Assembly: GCA_046484965.1 (NCBI GenBank)
Contig: JAWOHV010000198.1
Coordinates: 2,156-66,155, forward strand
Direction: 5' to 3'
Length of the DNA: 64,000 nucleotides
From: Prochlorococcaceae cyanobacterium
Lineage (GTDB): Bacteria; Cyanobacteriota; Cyanobacteriia; PCC-6307; Cyanobiaceae
Positions 23,749-34,841 of this stretch are shown one piece after another. How positions within the stretch are numbered: the stretch's first letter is position 1; each line of letters opens with the position of its first letter. The notes under the pieces are model-generated. The model had not been told where the DNA came from and did no database searches. It worked only from the letters and a program-made list of their open reading frames with translations. Made by a program: the position numbers and the translations under genes.

Positions 23749-25179
23749 TTGCGGCCCCGCTCCTTGAGCAGCAAGCCGCCGCCGCGCCCAGCCCAATCCT
23801 CCTCGCCGCCGCGGGCCGCCCAGGTGCTCTCGGCTACGGCATCGCTGCGCCAATTGCTCGACAGCCTCAGCCGCGAGCAGCGCCGCAACCAGGAGCTGCT
23901 GGCCTCGCTGGGCTTTGCCCTGCGCAGCTTCACCAATCTGAACCGCTTCCTGGAGCTGGTGCCCCTGGTCAGTTCCAGGCTGGTGGATGGCGATGGCAGC
24001 CTGCTGGTGGTGTTCCACGAGGACGGCCGCCTCTGGCGGGAGCAGCTGCAGGCCACCCCCGTGGAGGCCTGTGCCGAGGCGGTGCGCCAGCTGGCTGCCC
24101 TCAGCGACGGCGAACTCCAGGCCCAGGCCAGCGAGGAGGCCGTGGTGGCCCTGCTCGACCAGCGGGTGCGCCGGGTGTTGGGCGAGGCAGCGATCTTCGC
24201 CACCTCGGTGGTGGCGCGTAGCCGCCAGCACGCTCGTCTGTATGTGTTTTCGCGGCGGGCGGGTTTCAGCTGGAGCGAGGTGTATCGCCGTCACCTGCAG
24301 CTGGTGGCCGATCTCACCGGGGTGGCGATCGAGAACGAGTTGCTGCAGCAGGAAACCCGCCGCCATGAACGGCTGGATCGCCAGCTGAGCATCGGGGCCG
24401 AGATCCAGGCCCAGCTCCTGCCGGACCACTGCCCGGTGATCGAGGGGGTGGAGCTGGCGGCCCGCTGCCGGCCCGCCTTCCAGGTGGGCGGCGACTACTA
24501 CGACTTCATCCCCACCCAGCCCCAGTTGATGGGCCGCCGCCGCGAGCAGGGTCGCTGGGCCCTGGTGATGGGCGATGTGATGGGCAAGGGGGTGCCGGCG
24601 GGTCTGCTGATGACCCTGCTGCGGGGCATGCTGCGGGCCGAGGTGCTCAGCGGCCACCCACCCGATCGCATCCTGCACGACCTCAACCAGCTGGCGATGG
24701 AGGACCTGGCCCATTCGCACCGCTTTGTGACCCTCTTCTATTCCGATTACGACCCCCGCAGCCGCCTGCTGCGCTTTGCCAATGCGGCCCACAACCCGCC
24801 GTTGATCTGGCGTCGGCAGCGCAACCAGGTGGAGCGCCTCGATGCCCCGGGCCTGCTGATCGGCCTGCAGAGCGATGCCGATTACGGCTGCGGCCAGATG
24901 CAGCTCGAGCCCGGCGATGTGCTGCTCTTCTACACCGATGGCGTCACCGAAGCGCCGGGTTTCAGCGGCGAGCGCTTCGACGAGCAGCGGCTGCAGCGGC
25001 TGCTGCAGAGCGTTTGCCGCTCCGGCCTCGGGGCCCAGGGGATCCTCGACCAGCTCTTCGCCCGCCTGGATCGCTTCGTGGGCTCTGATCGCCAGTTGGA
25101 GGACGACGCCTCAATGGTGGTGCTCAAGGTGCGCGAGGAGGTGATGTTGCCCTCCCTGCCCCTCGGCCTTTCCGGTTAG
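23749..25179 (+). CDS. PP2C/SpoIIE-family serine phosphatase (RsbU-like) with an N-terminal sensor-like domain
   Basis: [30 protein letters not shown] and [10 protein letters not shown]. No ATG follows the ftsY stop. Candidate starts are TTG 23749, TTG 23764 and GTG 23824. Confidence 0.8.
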   Translation: MRPRSLSSKPPPRPAQSSSPPRAAQVLSATASLRQLLDSLSREQRRNQELLASLGFALRSFTNLNRFLELVPLVSSRLVDGDGSLLVVFHEDGRLWREQLQATPVEACAEAVRQLAALSDGELQAQASEEAVVALLDQRVRRVLGEAAIFATSVVARSRQHARLYVFSRRAGFSWSEVYRRHLQLVADLTGVAIENELLQQETRRHERLDRQLSIGAEIQAQLLPDHCPVIEGVELAARCRPAFQVGGDYYDFIPTQPQLMGRRREQGRWALVMGDVMGKGVPAGLLMTLLRGMLRAEVLSGHPPDRILHDLNQLAMEDLAHSHRFVTLFYSDYDPRSRLLRFANAAHNPPLIWRRQRNQVERLDAPGLLIGLQSDADYGCGQMQLEPGDVLLFYTDGVTEAPGFSGERFDEQRLQRLLQSVCRSGLGAQGILDQLFARLDRFVGSDRQLEDDASMVVLKVREEVMLPSLPLGLSG

Positions 25180-25202
25180 CGGGTGGCAAGCTGAGCCCTG
25201 CG

Positions 25203-26654
<1,452 letters not shown>

Positions 26655-26711
26655 TTTCGGTGGGCCGGTTTAGTCTTGGCGAGGTCTTGGGCCTTTGGCC
26701 CCCCTCAGTCC

Positions 26712-27209
26712 GTGAGTATTTTCGTTGGCAACCTTCCCTTCCGCGCCGAGCAGGAAGACGTTGCGGAATTGTTCGCCCCCTTCGGTGAGGTGGCGAACTG
26801 CTCCCTGCCGCTGGAGCGGGACACCGGTCGCAAGCGGGGCTTCGCCTTTGTGGAGATGGCCGATGAGGAGATGGAAAGCCGTGCTGTTGAGGGCCTCCAG
26901 GGTGCCGAGCTGATGGGCCGGCCCCTGCGCATCAACAAAGCCGAACCCCGCACTGCCGGTGGTCCGCGCCGCAGCGGGCCCGGTGGCGGCGGCGGTGGTT
27001 ATGGCGGTGGTGGCTACGGCGGAGCGGGCACGGGCGGCGGCGCGAGTGATCGCGGCTCCGGCGCCCGTGGCTGGGAAGATCGCAGCTATGGCGGTGCCAG
27101 TTCCCCAAGCGACGGCTTCGAGGAGGGACGCACCCGGCGGCGGCGCTCAACCGGTGGAGCAGGTGGCGATAGCGACGCCGGCAGCGATTACAAGGGCGCC
27201 GAAGGCTGA
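26712..27209 (+). CDS. RRM-type RNA-binding protein with a Gly-rich tail
   Basis: VSIFVGNLPF (RNP2) and KRGFAFVEM (RNP1), followed by GGGGGYGGGGYGGAGTGGG. The start is taken at GTG 26712, just before RNP2. Confidence 0.9.
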   Translation: MSIFVGNLPFRAEQEDVAELFAPFGEVANCSLPLERDTGRKRGFAFVEMADEEMESRAVEGLQGAELMGRPLRINKAEPRTAGGPRRSGPGGGGGGYGGGGYGGAGTGGGASDRGSGARGWEDRSYGGASSPSDGFEEGRTRRRRSTGGAGGDSDAGSDYKGAEG

Positions 27210-27305
27210 AATCAAGCGGGCCGGGATTCAGTTCCGGCCTCAGTGGGCCAACAAGCTGGTCACCTTAACGCCCCTCCCCCGCAGGCTCCATCAAGAGGCC
27301 CCTGC

Positions 27306-28367
27306 TTAAAACCCCCGCTCCTCGAGGCTGCGGGCGGCTTCTGTAAGCACCTCGGCGCCGGCGCCGGCCTGGCCCGCGGCCTCAGCCAGCTGGCGGCGCC
27401 AGTGGCGGGCACCGCTGATGCCCTCCACCAGGTGCACCAGGTGCCGGGCGATCGGCCAGAGCCGCCCCCCGGCGCCGCACCAGCGCTCGCTGTAGGGCAG
27501 CAGACCCCGCAGCACCTGGGAGGGCCGCAGGTCTGTGGAGTCCGGCTCCCCGAAGATCTCCCGGTCCACCCCCGCCCAGCGCAGCGGGTGGTCGTAGGCG
27601 GCCCGGCCCACCATCACCCCATCCACCCGCGCCAGCTCGCGCTGGCAGTCGCCTGGCGTTTCCAGCCCGCCGTTCAGCTCGATCGTCAACTGGGGCCGCT
27701 CCAGCTTGAGGCGGTGCACCAGGTCGTAGCGCAACGGCGGAATGGTGCGGTTCTGTTTGGGATCGAGGCCCTCCAGCCAGGCCTTGCGGGCATGCACGCA
27801 GAAGCGCCGCGCGCCAGCGGCGGCCACGCTGTCCACGAAGGCCAGCAGCTCCCCATAGGAGTCGCGTTCATCCACGCCGATGCGGTGTTTCACGGTGACC
27901 GGCAGCTTGCAGGCCGCCGCCATCGCCGCCACCGCCTCGGCCACCCTCTCGGGTTCGGCCATCAGGCAGGCGCCGAAACGCCCCTGCTGCACCTTGGCAC
28001 TGGGGCAGCCCACGTTCAAGTTGAGTTCGTCGTAGCCCCAGGCTTCCGCCAGCCCTGCGGCTTCTGCCAGGAGCACGGGATCCTCACCCCCCAGCTGCAG
28101 GGCCAGAGGTTTCTCCAGCGGATCGAAGCCGATCAACCGCTCCAGCCGCTGGCTGGCCGGCTCCGCCGCGGCCGCCCGGTTGCTGTGGTGCAGGGCCTGG
28201 GCCACCACCATCTCGGTGTAGAGCAGGCAGCGGCGGCTGATCTGGCGCATCAGCACCCGGAAGTGCCGATCCGTGTAGTCCATCATCGGCGCCACACTGA
28301 AGCGGAAGGCCTCCAGCGCCGCCTGGTTTCCGCTGCCGCTGCCGTTTTCTTTGTCGATGTCGCCCAT
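27306..28367 (-). CDS. dusA: tRNA-dihydrouridine synthase A
   Basis: FSVAPMMDYTDRHFRVLMRQISRRCLLYTEMV, NLNVGCPS and VTVKHRIG. The start is the ATG at 28367 (MGDIDKENG...). The track ORF over-extends to 28547. Confidence 0.9.
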   Translation of the reverse strand: MGDIDKENGSGSGNQAALEAFRFSVAPMMDYTDRHFRVLMRQISRRCLLYTEMVVAQALHHSNRAAAAEPASQRLERLIGFDPLEKPLALQLGGEDPVLLAEAAGLAEAWGYDELNLNVGCPSAKVQQGRFGACLMAEPERVAEAVAAMAAACKLPVTVKHRIGVDERDSYGELLAFVDSVAAAGARRFCVHARKAWLEGLDPKQNRTIPPLRYDLVHRLKLERPQLTIELNGGLETPGDCQRELARVDGVMVGRAAYDHPLRWAGVDREIFGEPDSTDLRPSQVLRGLLPYSERWCGAGGRLWPIARHLVHLVEGISGARHWRRQLAEAAGQAGAGAEVLTEAARSLEERGF

Positions 28368-29688
28368 GCCCCCATCGTGCCTGCTGCCTGCCCATGCCCC
28401 CCTGGTGATCGCCGGCGGCGGCGCCGCCGGTTTCATGGCGGCGATCACCGCCGGTGAGGCCGGGCTCCAGGGTGTGCTGCTGCTTGAGGCCACCGCCGAA
28501 CCGCTGCAGAAGGTGCGGATCAGCGGCGGTGGTCGCTGCAACGTCACCCACGCCTGCTGGGACCCGCTCCAATTGATCGGCCACTACCCCCGCGGCGGCA
28601 GACCCCTGCTGGGGCCCTTCAGCCGCTTCGCCAGTGGCGATGCCGTGGCCTGGTTCCACGACCATGGCCTCGAGCTGGTGGAGGAAGCCGATGGCCGCCT
28701 GTTCCCCTCCAGCCAGCGCTCCAGCTCGGTGATCCACACCCTGCGCCGTGCCGCCCAGGCTGCGGGTGTGCAGGTGTGCCCCGGCACCGCCCTGGTTGGG
28801 GTGGAGCGGCCAACGCCTGCGGGTTTCCGCTGCCAGCTGCGCCGTTCTGGAGAGGCCGCTGCGGCAGCCACTTCGCTCGGCTGTGAGCGGCTGTTGCTGG
28901 CCACCGGCGGCCACCCCAGCGGCCGGAAGCTGGCCGCCGCCCTGGGCCACACGATCGTGCCGCCGCTTCCCTCTCTTTTCAGCCTCAGCCTCGCCGATGC
29001 TGCTCTCACAGCGTTGGCCGGGGTGGCCATCGATCCAGTAGTGCTCAGCTTGGAACTGCCCGGCGGCGTGGGATTTCGCCAGCAGGGTGCGGTGCTGATC
29101 ACCCACCGGGGCCTGAGCGGGCCAGCCACCCTGCGCCTGACGGCCTTTGCGGCCCGGGCCCTGCAGCAGCACGGCTACCGCGGCCTGTTGCGCATCGACT
29201 GGAGCGGTGGTCGCTCCGTGGAGGAGGTGCAGGCCCTGCTGGCGGATGGCCGCCAGCGGCAGGCCCGCCGCCAGCTGGCCAGCTGGCGGCCCTGGCCCGA
29301 GCTCAGCCGTCGCCTCTGGCTGCAGCTGCTGGCAGCGGCAGGTGTGGAGCCGGAACGGCGCTGGGCTGATCTGCGTCGCGATGAGCTCGGGGCCCTGGTC
29401 ACGGCCCTCACCGCCAGCTGCTACCCGGTCACGGGCAGGGGTCCCTTCGGGGAGGAGTTCGTCACCGCCGGCGGTGTGCCGCTCGGGGAGCTCAACCTGG
29501 CCACGATGGAGAGCCGCCGGGTGCCAGGGCTGCACCTGGCCGGTGAGCTGGTCGATGTGGATGGGGTCACCGGCGGTTTCAACTTCCAGCACTGCTGGAG
29601 TTCCGGTTGGCTGGCAGGGCAGGCGATCGCCGCTGCCCTGGCGCCGGCTTCGCCGCAGCTGCAGCCAGTGGCGCCAGGCCCTACTTGA
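28366..29688 (+). CDS. HI0933/BaiN-like NAD(P)/FAD-dependent oxidoreductase
   Basis: VIAGGGAAGFMAAITAGEAG, ISGGGRCNVTH and GELVDVDGVTGGFNFQHCWSSG. The start is ambiguous (TTG 28351, ATG 28357 or ATG 28366) and is divergent from dusA, overlapping its start. Confidence 0.85.
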   Translation: MPPSCLLPAHAPLVIAGGGAAGFMAAITAGEAGLQGVLLLEATAEPLQKVRISGGGRCNVTHACWDPLQLIGHYPRGGRPLLGPFSRFASGDAVAWFHDHGLELVEEADGRLFPSSQRSSSVIHTLRRAAQAAGVQVCPGTALVGVERPTPAGFRCQLRRSGEAAAAATSLGCERLLLATGGHPSGRKLAAALGHTIVPPLPSLFSLSLADAALTALAGVAIDPVVLSLELPGGVGFRQQGAVLITHRGLSGPATLRLTAFAARALQQHGYRGLLRIDWSGGRSVEEVQALLADGRQRQARRQLASWRPWPELSRRLWLQLLAAAGVEPERRWADLRRDELGALVTALTASCYPVTGRGPFGEEFVTAGGVPLGELNLATMESRRVPGLHLAGELVDVDGVTGGFNFQHCWSSGWLAGQAIAAALAPASPQLQPVAPGPT

Positions 29689-30940
29689 TCTGGTCGAAGA
29701 TCGAAAACATCGGTAGATACATCGCCAGCAGGATTGATCCCACAATTCCGCCCACGATCACGATCATTGCCGGCTCCAGCATTGCGGTGAGTGCCTTCAC
29801 CGAAGCACCCACCTCGTCTTCGTAGAAATCGGCAACCTTGGAGAGCATTGCATCCAGTTCACCGGTTTCTTCGCCGATCGCCAACATGCTCATTGCCATG
29901 TCTGGAAACACCTGTTTGCGAATCAGCGCATTGCTCAGGGGAATTCCCTCCATCACCTCCTGGCGGGCGCTGAGGATCGCATCGCCGATCACACTGTTGC
30001 CGGCGGTTTCATACACGATCTCCAGGGACATCAGGATCGGTACGCCTGCCCGGGTGAGGGAACTGAAGGTGCGGCAGAATTTGGCGGTGGCAGTTTTCTG
30101 AATCAGGTCGCCGAACAGAGGCAGCTTGAGGATTACCGCGTCCACCTGGCGGCGCCCGGCCGGAGTGGCGTAGAAACGGCCGAACAGCCAGGCGCCGATC
30201 CCCAGAATTCCAGCCAGCAATAGGGAGAAAGAGGAGCGCAGCAATTTGCTCAGATCCACCATCAGCTGGGTGAACATCGGCAGTTCGGCGCCCAGGTCTT
30301 CGAAGATGCCTGCAAAGATTGGAATCAGGAAGATCGTCATCCCTAGAAACACCAGGATTGCAATCACCAGCACGGCGATGGGATAGCCCATCGCACCCTT
30401 GATCTGGTTCTGCAGCTTGGCGTTGTCTTCCAGGAGTTTGGAAAGACGTTTGAGGGATTCATCCAGCACGCCGCCCGCTTCGCCCGCCTCCACCATGGCG
30501 ATGCTGAGCCGATCAAACACGTTGGGCCACTGGCGCATCGCATTGCCCAGGCTGCCCCCCTGGTTGATCTCCTGGCTCACCGCAGTGATCGCCCGCTTGA
30601 ACAGCGGCATCTTCTGCTGGGAGGCCATCAGATCGAGGCTGCGCACGATCGGGATGCCGGCATCCACGAGGGCCGAGAGCTTGTTGGCGAACACCGCCTT
30701 CTCGCGAATGCCCGGTTTCGCCTCCAGCAGCCGGCCCAGATTCAGGCTCAGCTGCGACTTCGCACCGCTGCCCTGGTTGCCGCCGCTGCGGTTGCCGGCC
30801 TTCTCCGCTGGCACCAGGGAGGTGGCCAGGATGCCCCGCCGCCGCAGCTGCCGCTTGGCGCTCACCAGATCGGGTGCTGCCAGGTTCAGTTCCCGGCGCT
30901 GGCCGCTGCTGGTGGTGTAGCTGGCAAGGAAGGAGGCCAT
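29681..30940 (-). CDS. pilC: Type IV pilus assembly platform protein PilC (GspF family)
   Basis: 419 aa with two GspF repeats. FANKLSALVDAGIPIVRSLDLM and FCRTFSSLTRAGVPILMSLEIV, with three TM segments. Confidence 0.9.
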   Translation of the reverse strand: MASFLASYTTSSGQRRELNLAAPDLVSAKRQLRRRGILATSLVPAEKAGNRSGGNQGSGAKSQLSLNLGRLLEAKPGIREKAVFANKLSALVDAGIPIVRSLDLMASQQKMPLFKRAITAVSQEINQGGSLGNAMRQWPNVFDRLSIAMVEAGEAGGVLDESLKRLSKLLEDNAKLQNQIKGAMGYPIAVLVIAILVFLGMTIFLIPIFAGIFEDLGAELPMFTQLMVDLSKLLRSSFSLLLAGILGIGAWLFGRFYATPAGRRQVDAVILKLPLFGDLIQKTATAKFCRTFSSLTRAGVPILMSLEIVYETAGNSVIGDAILSARQEVMEGIPLSNALIRKQVFPDMAMSMLAIGEETGELDAMLSKVADFYEDEVGASVKALTAMLEPAMIVIVGGIVGSILLAMYLPMFSIFDQIK

Positions 30941-30959
30941 CGGTGCTCAGGCGCGGCGG

Positions 30960-32039
30960 TTAGCCGATGCTCCCCAGCAGGCGGCCCAGTTCATCCGGGC
31001 GCACTGTTTTGGCTTCGGCTTCCGGCAACGCCACCTCGCCTGCCTGCACCAGTTCGGCCAACGACTTCTCCAGGGTCTGCATGCCTATCTGGCCGCCGGT
31101 TTGGATCTGGGAATAGATCTGGGCGGTTTTGCCCTCCCGGATCAGGTTGGCCATGGCCGGAGTGTTGATCATGATCTCCTGGGCCATCACCCGTCCGAAC
31201 TTGCCGGGCGCAGGATTCTTGCGTTTGCAGAGGGTCTGGGAGAACACGGCCAGCAGGCTGTTGCTCAGCTGCACGCGGATCTGGGTCTGCTGGCCGGGAG
31301 GGAACACATCCACCATCCGGTCCACGGTTTGGGCCGCGGAGCTGGTGTGCAGGGTGCCGAACACCAGGTGGCCCGTTTCGGCGGCGGAGATAGCCAGCTG
31401 GATCGTTTCCAGGTCGCGCATTTCCCCCACCAGGATCACGTCGGGGTCCTCGCGCAGGGCGGCGCGCAGGGCGTTGGCGAAGCTGCGGGTGTCCTCGTTC
31501 ACCTCCCGCTGGTGGAAGAGGCTGCGGTCGCTGGTGTACACGAATTCGATCGGATCCTCGATCGTGAGGATGTGCTCGGCGCGGGTGTGGTTGATGTTGT
31601 TGAGCAGGGCCGCCAGGGTGGTGGTCTTGCCAGAGCCGGTGGGGCCTGTCACCAGCACCAGACCCTTGGGTTTGCGGCTGATTTCTTCCACCACTGGTGG
31701 CAGTCCGAGGCTCTCGAGGCTCGGGATGCTGTTGCCAAGGGCCCGCAGGCAGGCGGCGTAGCTGCCTTTCTGCCGATACACGTTCACTCGGAAGCGGGCT
31801 ACCCCCTTGAGGCCGTAGGAGCTGTCCAGTTCCCAGGTCTGCTCCAGCTGCTTGCGTTGGGAGTTATTCAGCAGCGAGAAGATCAGGCGGTTGCAGCTCT
31901 CCTCGCTGAGGGGGCTCTCCTGCATCGGCCGCAGCTGGCCATTGAAGCGCCCGTAGGCGGGCTGGCCCGCGGCCAGGTGCAGGTCACTGCCCCCTCCGCT
32001 CACCAGCTGCTCCATCAGGTCTTCGATCTGGAGCTCCAT
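30960..32039 (-). CDS. pilT: Type IV pilus retraction ATPase PilT
   Basis: GSDLHLAAGQPAYGRFNG, VLVTGPTGSGKTTTLAALL, ILVGEMRDLETI and GHLVFGTLHTSSAAQTVDR. Confidence 0.93.
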   Translation of the reverse strand: MELQIEDLMEQLVSGGGSDLHLAAGQPAYGRFNGQLRPMQESPLSEESCNRLIFSLLNNSQRKQLEQTWELDSSYGLKGVARFRVNVYRQKGSYAACLRALGNSIPSLESLGLPPVVEEISRKPKGLVLVTGPTGSGKTTTLAALLNNINHTRAEHILTIEDPIEFVYTSDRSLFHQREVNEDTRSFANALRAALREDPDVILVGEMRDLETIQLAISAAETGHLVFGTLHTSSAAQTVDRMVDVFPPGQQTQIRVQLSNSLLAVFSQTLCKRKNPAPGKFGRVMAQEIMINTPAMANLIREGKTAQIYSQIQTGGQIGMQTLEKSLAELVQAGEVALPEAEAKTVRPDELGRLLGSIG

Positions 32040-32103
32040 GGGCCCGTTGCGCTGCAGCCATCAGTGCCTTCAGTTTGTTCACTCTGGCGCCGTTGTCCAG
32101 TGG

Positions 32104-34047
32104 TCAGCCCCGCGGCGTCAGGCAGTAGGGGCAGTCGAGCCATTCATCCCGCAGCCCGGCTCCGCAGTGGTTGCAGGTGAGGGTGCTGAGGGCGCGGGCC
32201 CGCCGTTCCGATTCCAGGCCGGTGTCGGTGAGCAGCATCCGTTCCACTTCCTCGAGGGTGGTGAGTCCCTGGCGCACCAGGTCGAGGCCGTAGCCAAGCA
32301 GGGTTTTCATGCCGCCCTCGAGGGCCAGGCGCCTGATCACATCGGTGCTGGCCCGTTTGGCCACGGCCGAGGCGATCGTTTCGTTCATGCGCAGGATCTC
32401 GTAAACCCCCACCCGGCCCTTGTAGCCACTGCCCTGGCAGGTGGGACAGGCGTCCGCCTCGGCGTTGCCGTTCGGGTTGAGTGACCGCTTGGCCTTGAAG
32501 AAGCTCACCTCGGCTTCCTGGCTGGCCAGCAGGCCGAAGCGTCCCAGATCCTTCTCGCTGGGGCGGTAGCTCTGCCGGCATCTGGGGCAGACCCGCCGCA
32601 GCAGCCGCTGGGAGACGATGCCCAGCAGCGAGGCGCTGACCATGAACGGCTCCATGCCCATCTCATCGAGGCGGGCGATGGCGCTGGCCGCATCGTTGCA
32701 GTGCAGGGTGGTGAGCACCAGGTGGCCGGTGAGGGCCGCTTCGGTGGCCGTCTTGGCCGTTTCCAGGTCGCGGGTCTCGCCCACCAGCAGCACGTCCGGG
32801 TCCTGGCGCATGAAGGCCCGCAGGGCGGTGCTGAAATCCAGCCCCTTGTCGCGGTTCACCTGGGTCTGGGTGATGCCCTTGAGGGTGTATTCAATCGGGT
32901 CTTCGACCGTGGAGATGTTGATCCCGGGCTCGTTGCGCTCCGAGATCAGCGCATAGAGGGTGGTGGATTTCCCCGAACCCGTGGGACCGGTCACCAGCAG
33001 CATGCCGAAGGGCTTGTGGCCCAGCTCCCGCAGGGTCCGGCGCGCCTCCGGATCGGTGATCAATGAGTCGAGGCCGAGCTGGGTGGCGCCGCTGTCGAGC
33101 AGGCGCATACACACCTTCTCGCCGTGGCGGCTGGGCAGGGTGCTGACGCGGAAATCCATCGTGCGGCCGCGGTAATTGCGGCGGATACGGCCGTCCTGGG
33201 GCATCCGCCGTTCGGCGATGTCGAGGTCGGCCATGATCTTCAACCGTGAGGTGAGGGCCGGCACCAGGCTCTTGGGCAGCTTGTCGGCGAGCTGCTCGAG
33301 CACGCCGTCGCGCCGGAAGCGGATCACCATGCCGTCCTCCTGGGGCTCCACATGGATGTCGCTGGCGCCGGTGCTCAGGGCTTCGATCAGGATTCGGTCC
33401 GCCAGGCTCACCACCGGTGAGCTGTTGGCATCGCTGCTGCTGGTCTCGAGGTCGTCGGGATCGACCACCGCCGTGAGAACCTCATCGGCCGATGCCAGCG
33501 ACAGGTTCTCCAGCAGCGAGCGGGCCTTCAACGGCTCTTCAAGGGCGGCGGGTTCCGGTTCCGATGTCGATGTTGGTGTCGATGTCGATGTCGGTGTCGA
33601 TGCCGGTGTCGATGCCGGAGCCGGGGTGGTCTGGAGCGCCAGCGCCCGCTCCAGGCAGGGCGCGAGCTCGGCCGCCAGGGCCAGCTGGAACTGGGTCCTC
33701 TGGCCGGCGGCGGCCAGTTCGGCTGCCAGCGCCTGGCGGGATTCGGGACCCCAGTGGGTGGGTACGGCCACCACCAGCTCGCCGCCGGCCAGTCGCCGCA
33801 GGGGCAGACAGCCCAGGCTGCGCCAGCGCTCCGGTGGCAGGCCCTGATCGGCGGCCAGCAGGCGGGCATCGCTGGCTGCCAGCCGCTCGCTTGGCAGCAC
33901 CGGTTCCCCCAGCAGCAGCTCCACCTCCAACCGCTGCTGTTCAGCACTGATGGCTGGCGGGACAGGGCGTACGGGGGTGGCAGTCATGGCAGTGGCCGGG
34001 GTGGTGCGGGCTTCCGCCGCTTGTGGGGGGCGCGCGTGGCCCTTCAA
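32104..34047 (-). CDS. pilB: Type IV pilus extension ATPase PilB (GspE family) with an extra C-terminal CxxC...CxxC tail
   Basis: ASDIHVEP, LLVTGPTGSGKSTTLYA, LLVGETRDLETA and the canonical tetracysteine CPRCRQ...CPTCQGSGYKGR. An additional C-terminal CNHCGAGLRDEWLDCPYC is present. The start could instead be the internal ATG at 33987. Confidence 0.9.
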   Translation of the reverse strand: MKGHARPPQAAEARTTPATAMTATPVRPVPPAISAEQQRLEVELLLGEPVLPSERLAASDARLLAADQGLPPERWRSLGCLPLRRLAGGELVVAVPTHWGPESRQALAAELAAAGQRTQFQLALAAELAPCLERALALQTTPAPASTPASTPTSTSTPTSTSEPEPAALEEPLKARSLLENLSLASADEVLTAVVDPDDLETSSSDANSSPVVSLADRILIEALSTGASDIHVEPQEDGMVIRFRRDGVLEQLADKLPKSLVPALTSRLKIMADLDIAERRMPQDGRIRRNYRGRTMDFRVSTLPSRHGEKVCMRLLDSGATQLGLDSLITDPEARRTLRELGHKPFGMLLVTGPTGSGKSTTLYALISERNEPGINISTVEDPIEYTLKGITQTQVNRDKGLDFSTALRAFMRQDPDVLLVGETRDLETAKTATEAALTGHLVLTTLHCNDAASAIARLDEMGMEPFMVSASLLGIVSQRLLRRVCPRCRQSYRPSEKDLGRFGLLASQEAEVSFFKAKRSLNPNGNAEADACPTCQGSGYKGRVGVYEILRMNETIASAVAKRASTDVIRRLALEGGMKTLLGYGLDLVRQGLTTLEEVERMLLTDTGLESERRARALSTLTCNHCGAGLRDEWLDCPYCLTPRG

Positions 34048-34063
34048 GATGTTTTAGGTCCGA

Positions 34064-34774
34064 TTGGCGGTTCAGTCAGCAATGAGTGGCGACGCTTCCC
34101 CCTTCCCGCCCGACGCTGCGGCGTCCGCTCCAGCCGAGGCGGGGCCCGATTCCCAGCTCAATCAGGCGGATCAGCCCGATCCGGCTGGATCCCAGGCGGT
34201 CGATGAACCGGCTGCGGAGGCCGGAGCTGGCGGGCCCGGTGATCGCATCCAGGAGCTGGAACAGCAGCTCCAGAGCCTGCAGGCCGAACATGAGAGCCTG
34301 CGCGGCCAGTACATGCGCATCGCCGCAGACTTTGACAACTTCCGCAAGCGCCAGAGCCGTGACCAGGAGGATCTGAAGCTCCAGATCGCCTGCACCACCC
34401 TCAGCGAGATCCTGCCCGTGGTCGACAACTTCGACCGCGCCCGCCAGCAGCTCAACCCCCAGCACGAGGAGGCCCAGACCCTGCACCGCAGCTACCAGGG
34501 GCTCTACAAGCAGCTGGTGGAGGTGTTCAAGCAGCTGGGCGTTTCGCCGATGCGGGTGGAAGGGGAGCCCTTCGATCCCAGCCTGCATGAGGCGGTGATG
34601 CGTGAACCCAGCCACGACCATCCCGAGGATGTGGTGATTGAGGAGCTGCAACGCGGCTACCACCTCAATGGCCGGGTGCTCCGCCATGCGCTGGTGAAGG
34701 TGTCGATGGGCCCAGGCCCCTCAGAGGAAGCGGCCGGCGCCGGCGAGCCCCAGGGCATGGATTCCCAGCCCTGA
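34064..34774 (+). CDS. grpE: Nucleotide exchange factor GrpE
   Basis: [36 protein letters not shown] and [10 protein letters not shown]. The start is TTG 34064 or, more likely, ATG 34082. Confidence 0.92.
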   Translation: MAVQSAMSGDASPFPPDAAASAPAEAGPDSQLNQADQPDPAGSQAVDEPAAEAGAGGPGDRIQELEQQLQSLQAEHESLRGQYMRIAADFDNFRKRQSRDQEDLKLQIACTTLSEILPVVDNFDRARQQLNPQHEEAQTLHRSYQGLYKQLVEVFKQLGVSPMRVEGEPFDPSLHEAVMREPSHDHPEDVVIEELQRGYHLNGRVLRHALVKVSMGPGPSEEAAGAGEPQGMDSQP

Positions 34775-34841
34775 GGGTCGGTTCTCACCCCTTCAGGGCC
34801 GGTGCCGCCTGGTTTTAGGGTGACCCGGAGGGGCGCTCAAG

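Noticed and set aside
28351-28367. Overlapping divergent start codons of dusA and the flavoprotein gene
   Set aside because: The overlap depends entirely on which of three possible starts the flavoprotein uses. It is probably an annotation ambiguity rather than biology.
28084-29745. 553-aa minus-strand ORF
   Set aside because: It is antisense to the HI0933-like flavoprotein and out of frame with dusA, and I found no motifs in it.
31101-32180. 359-aa plus-strand ORF
   Set aside because: It is antisense to pilT and the pilB 3' end.
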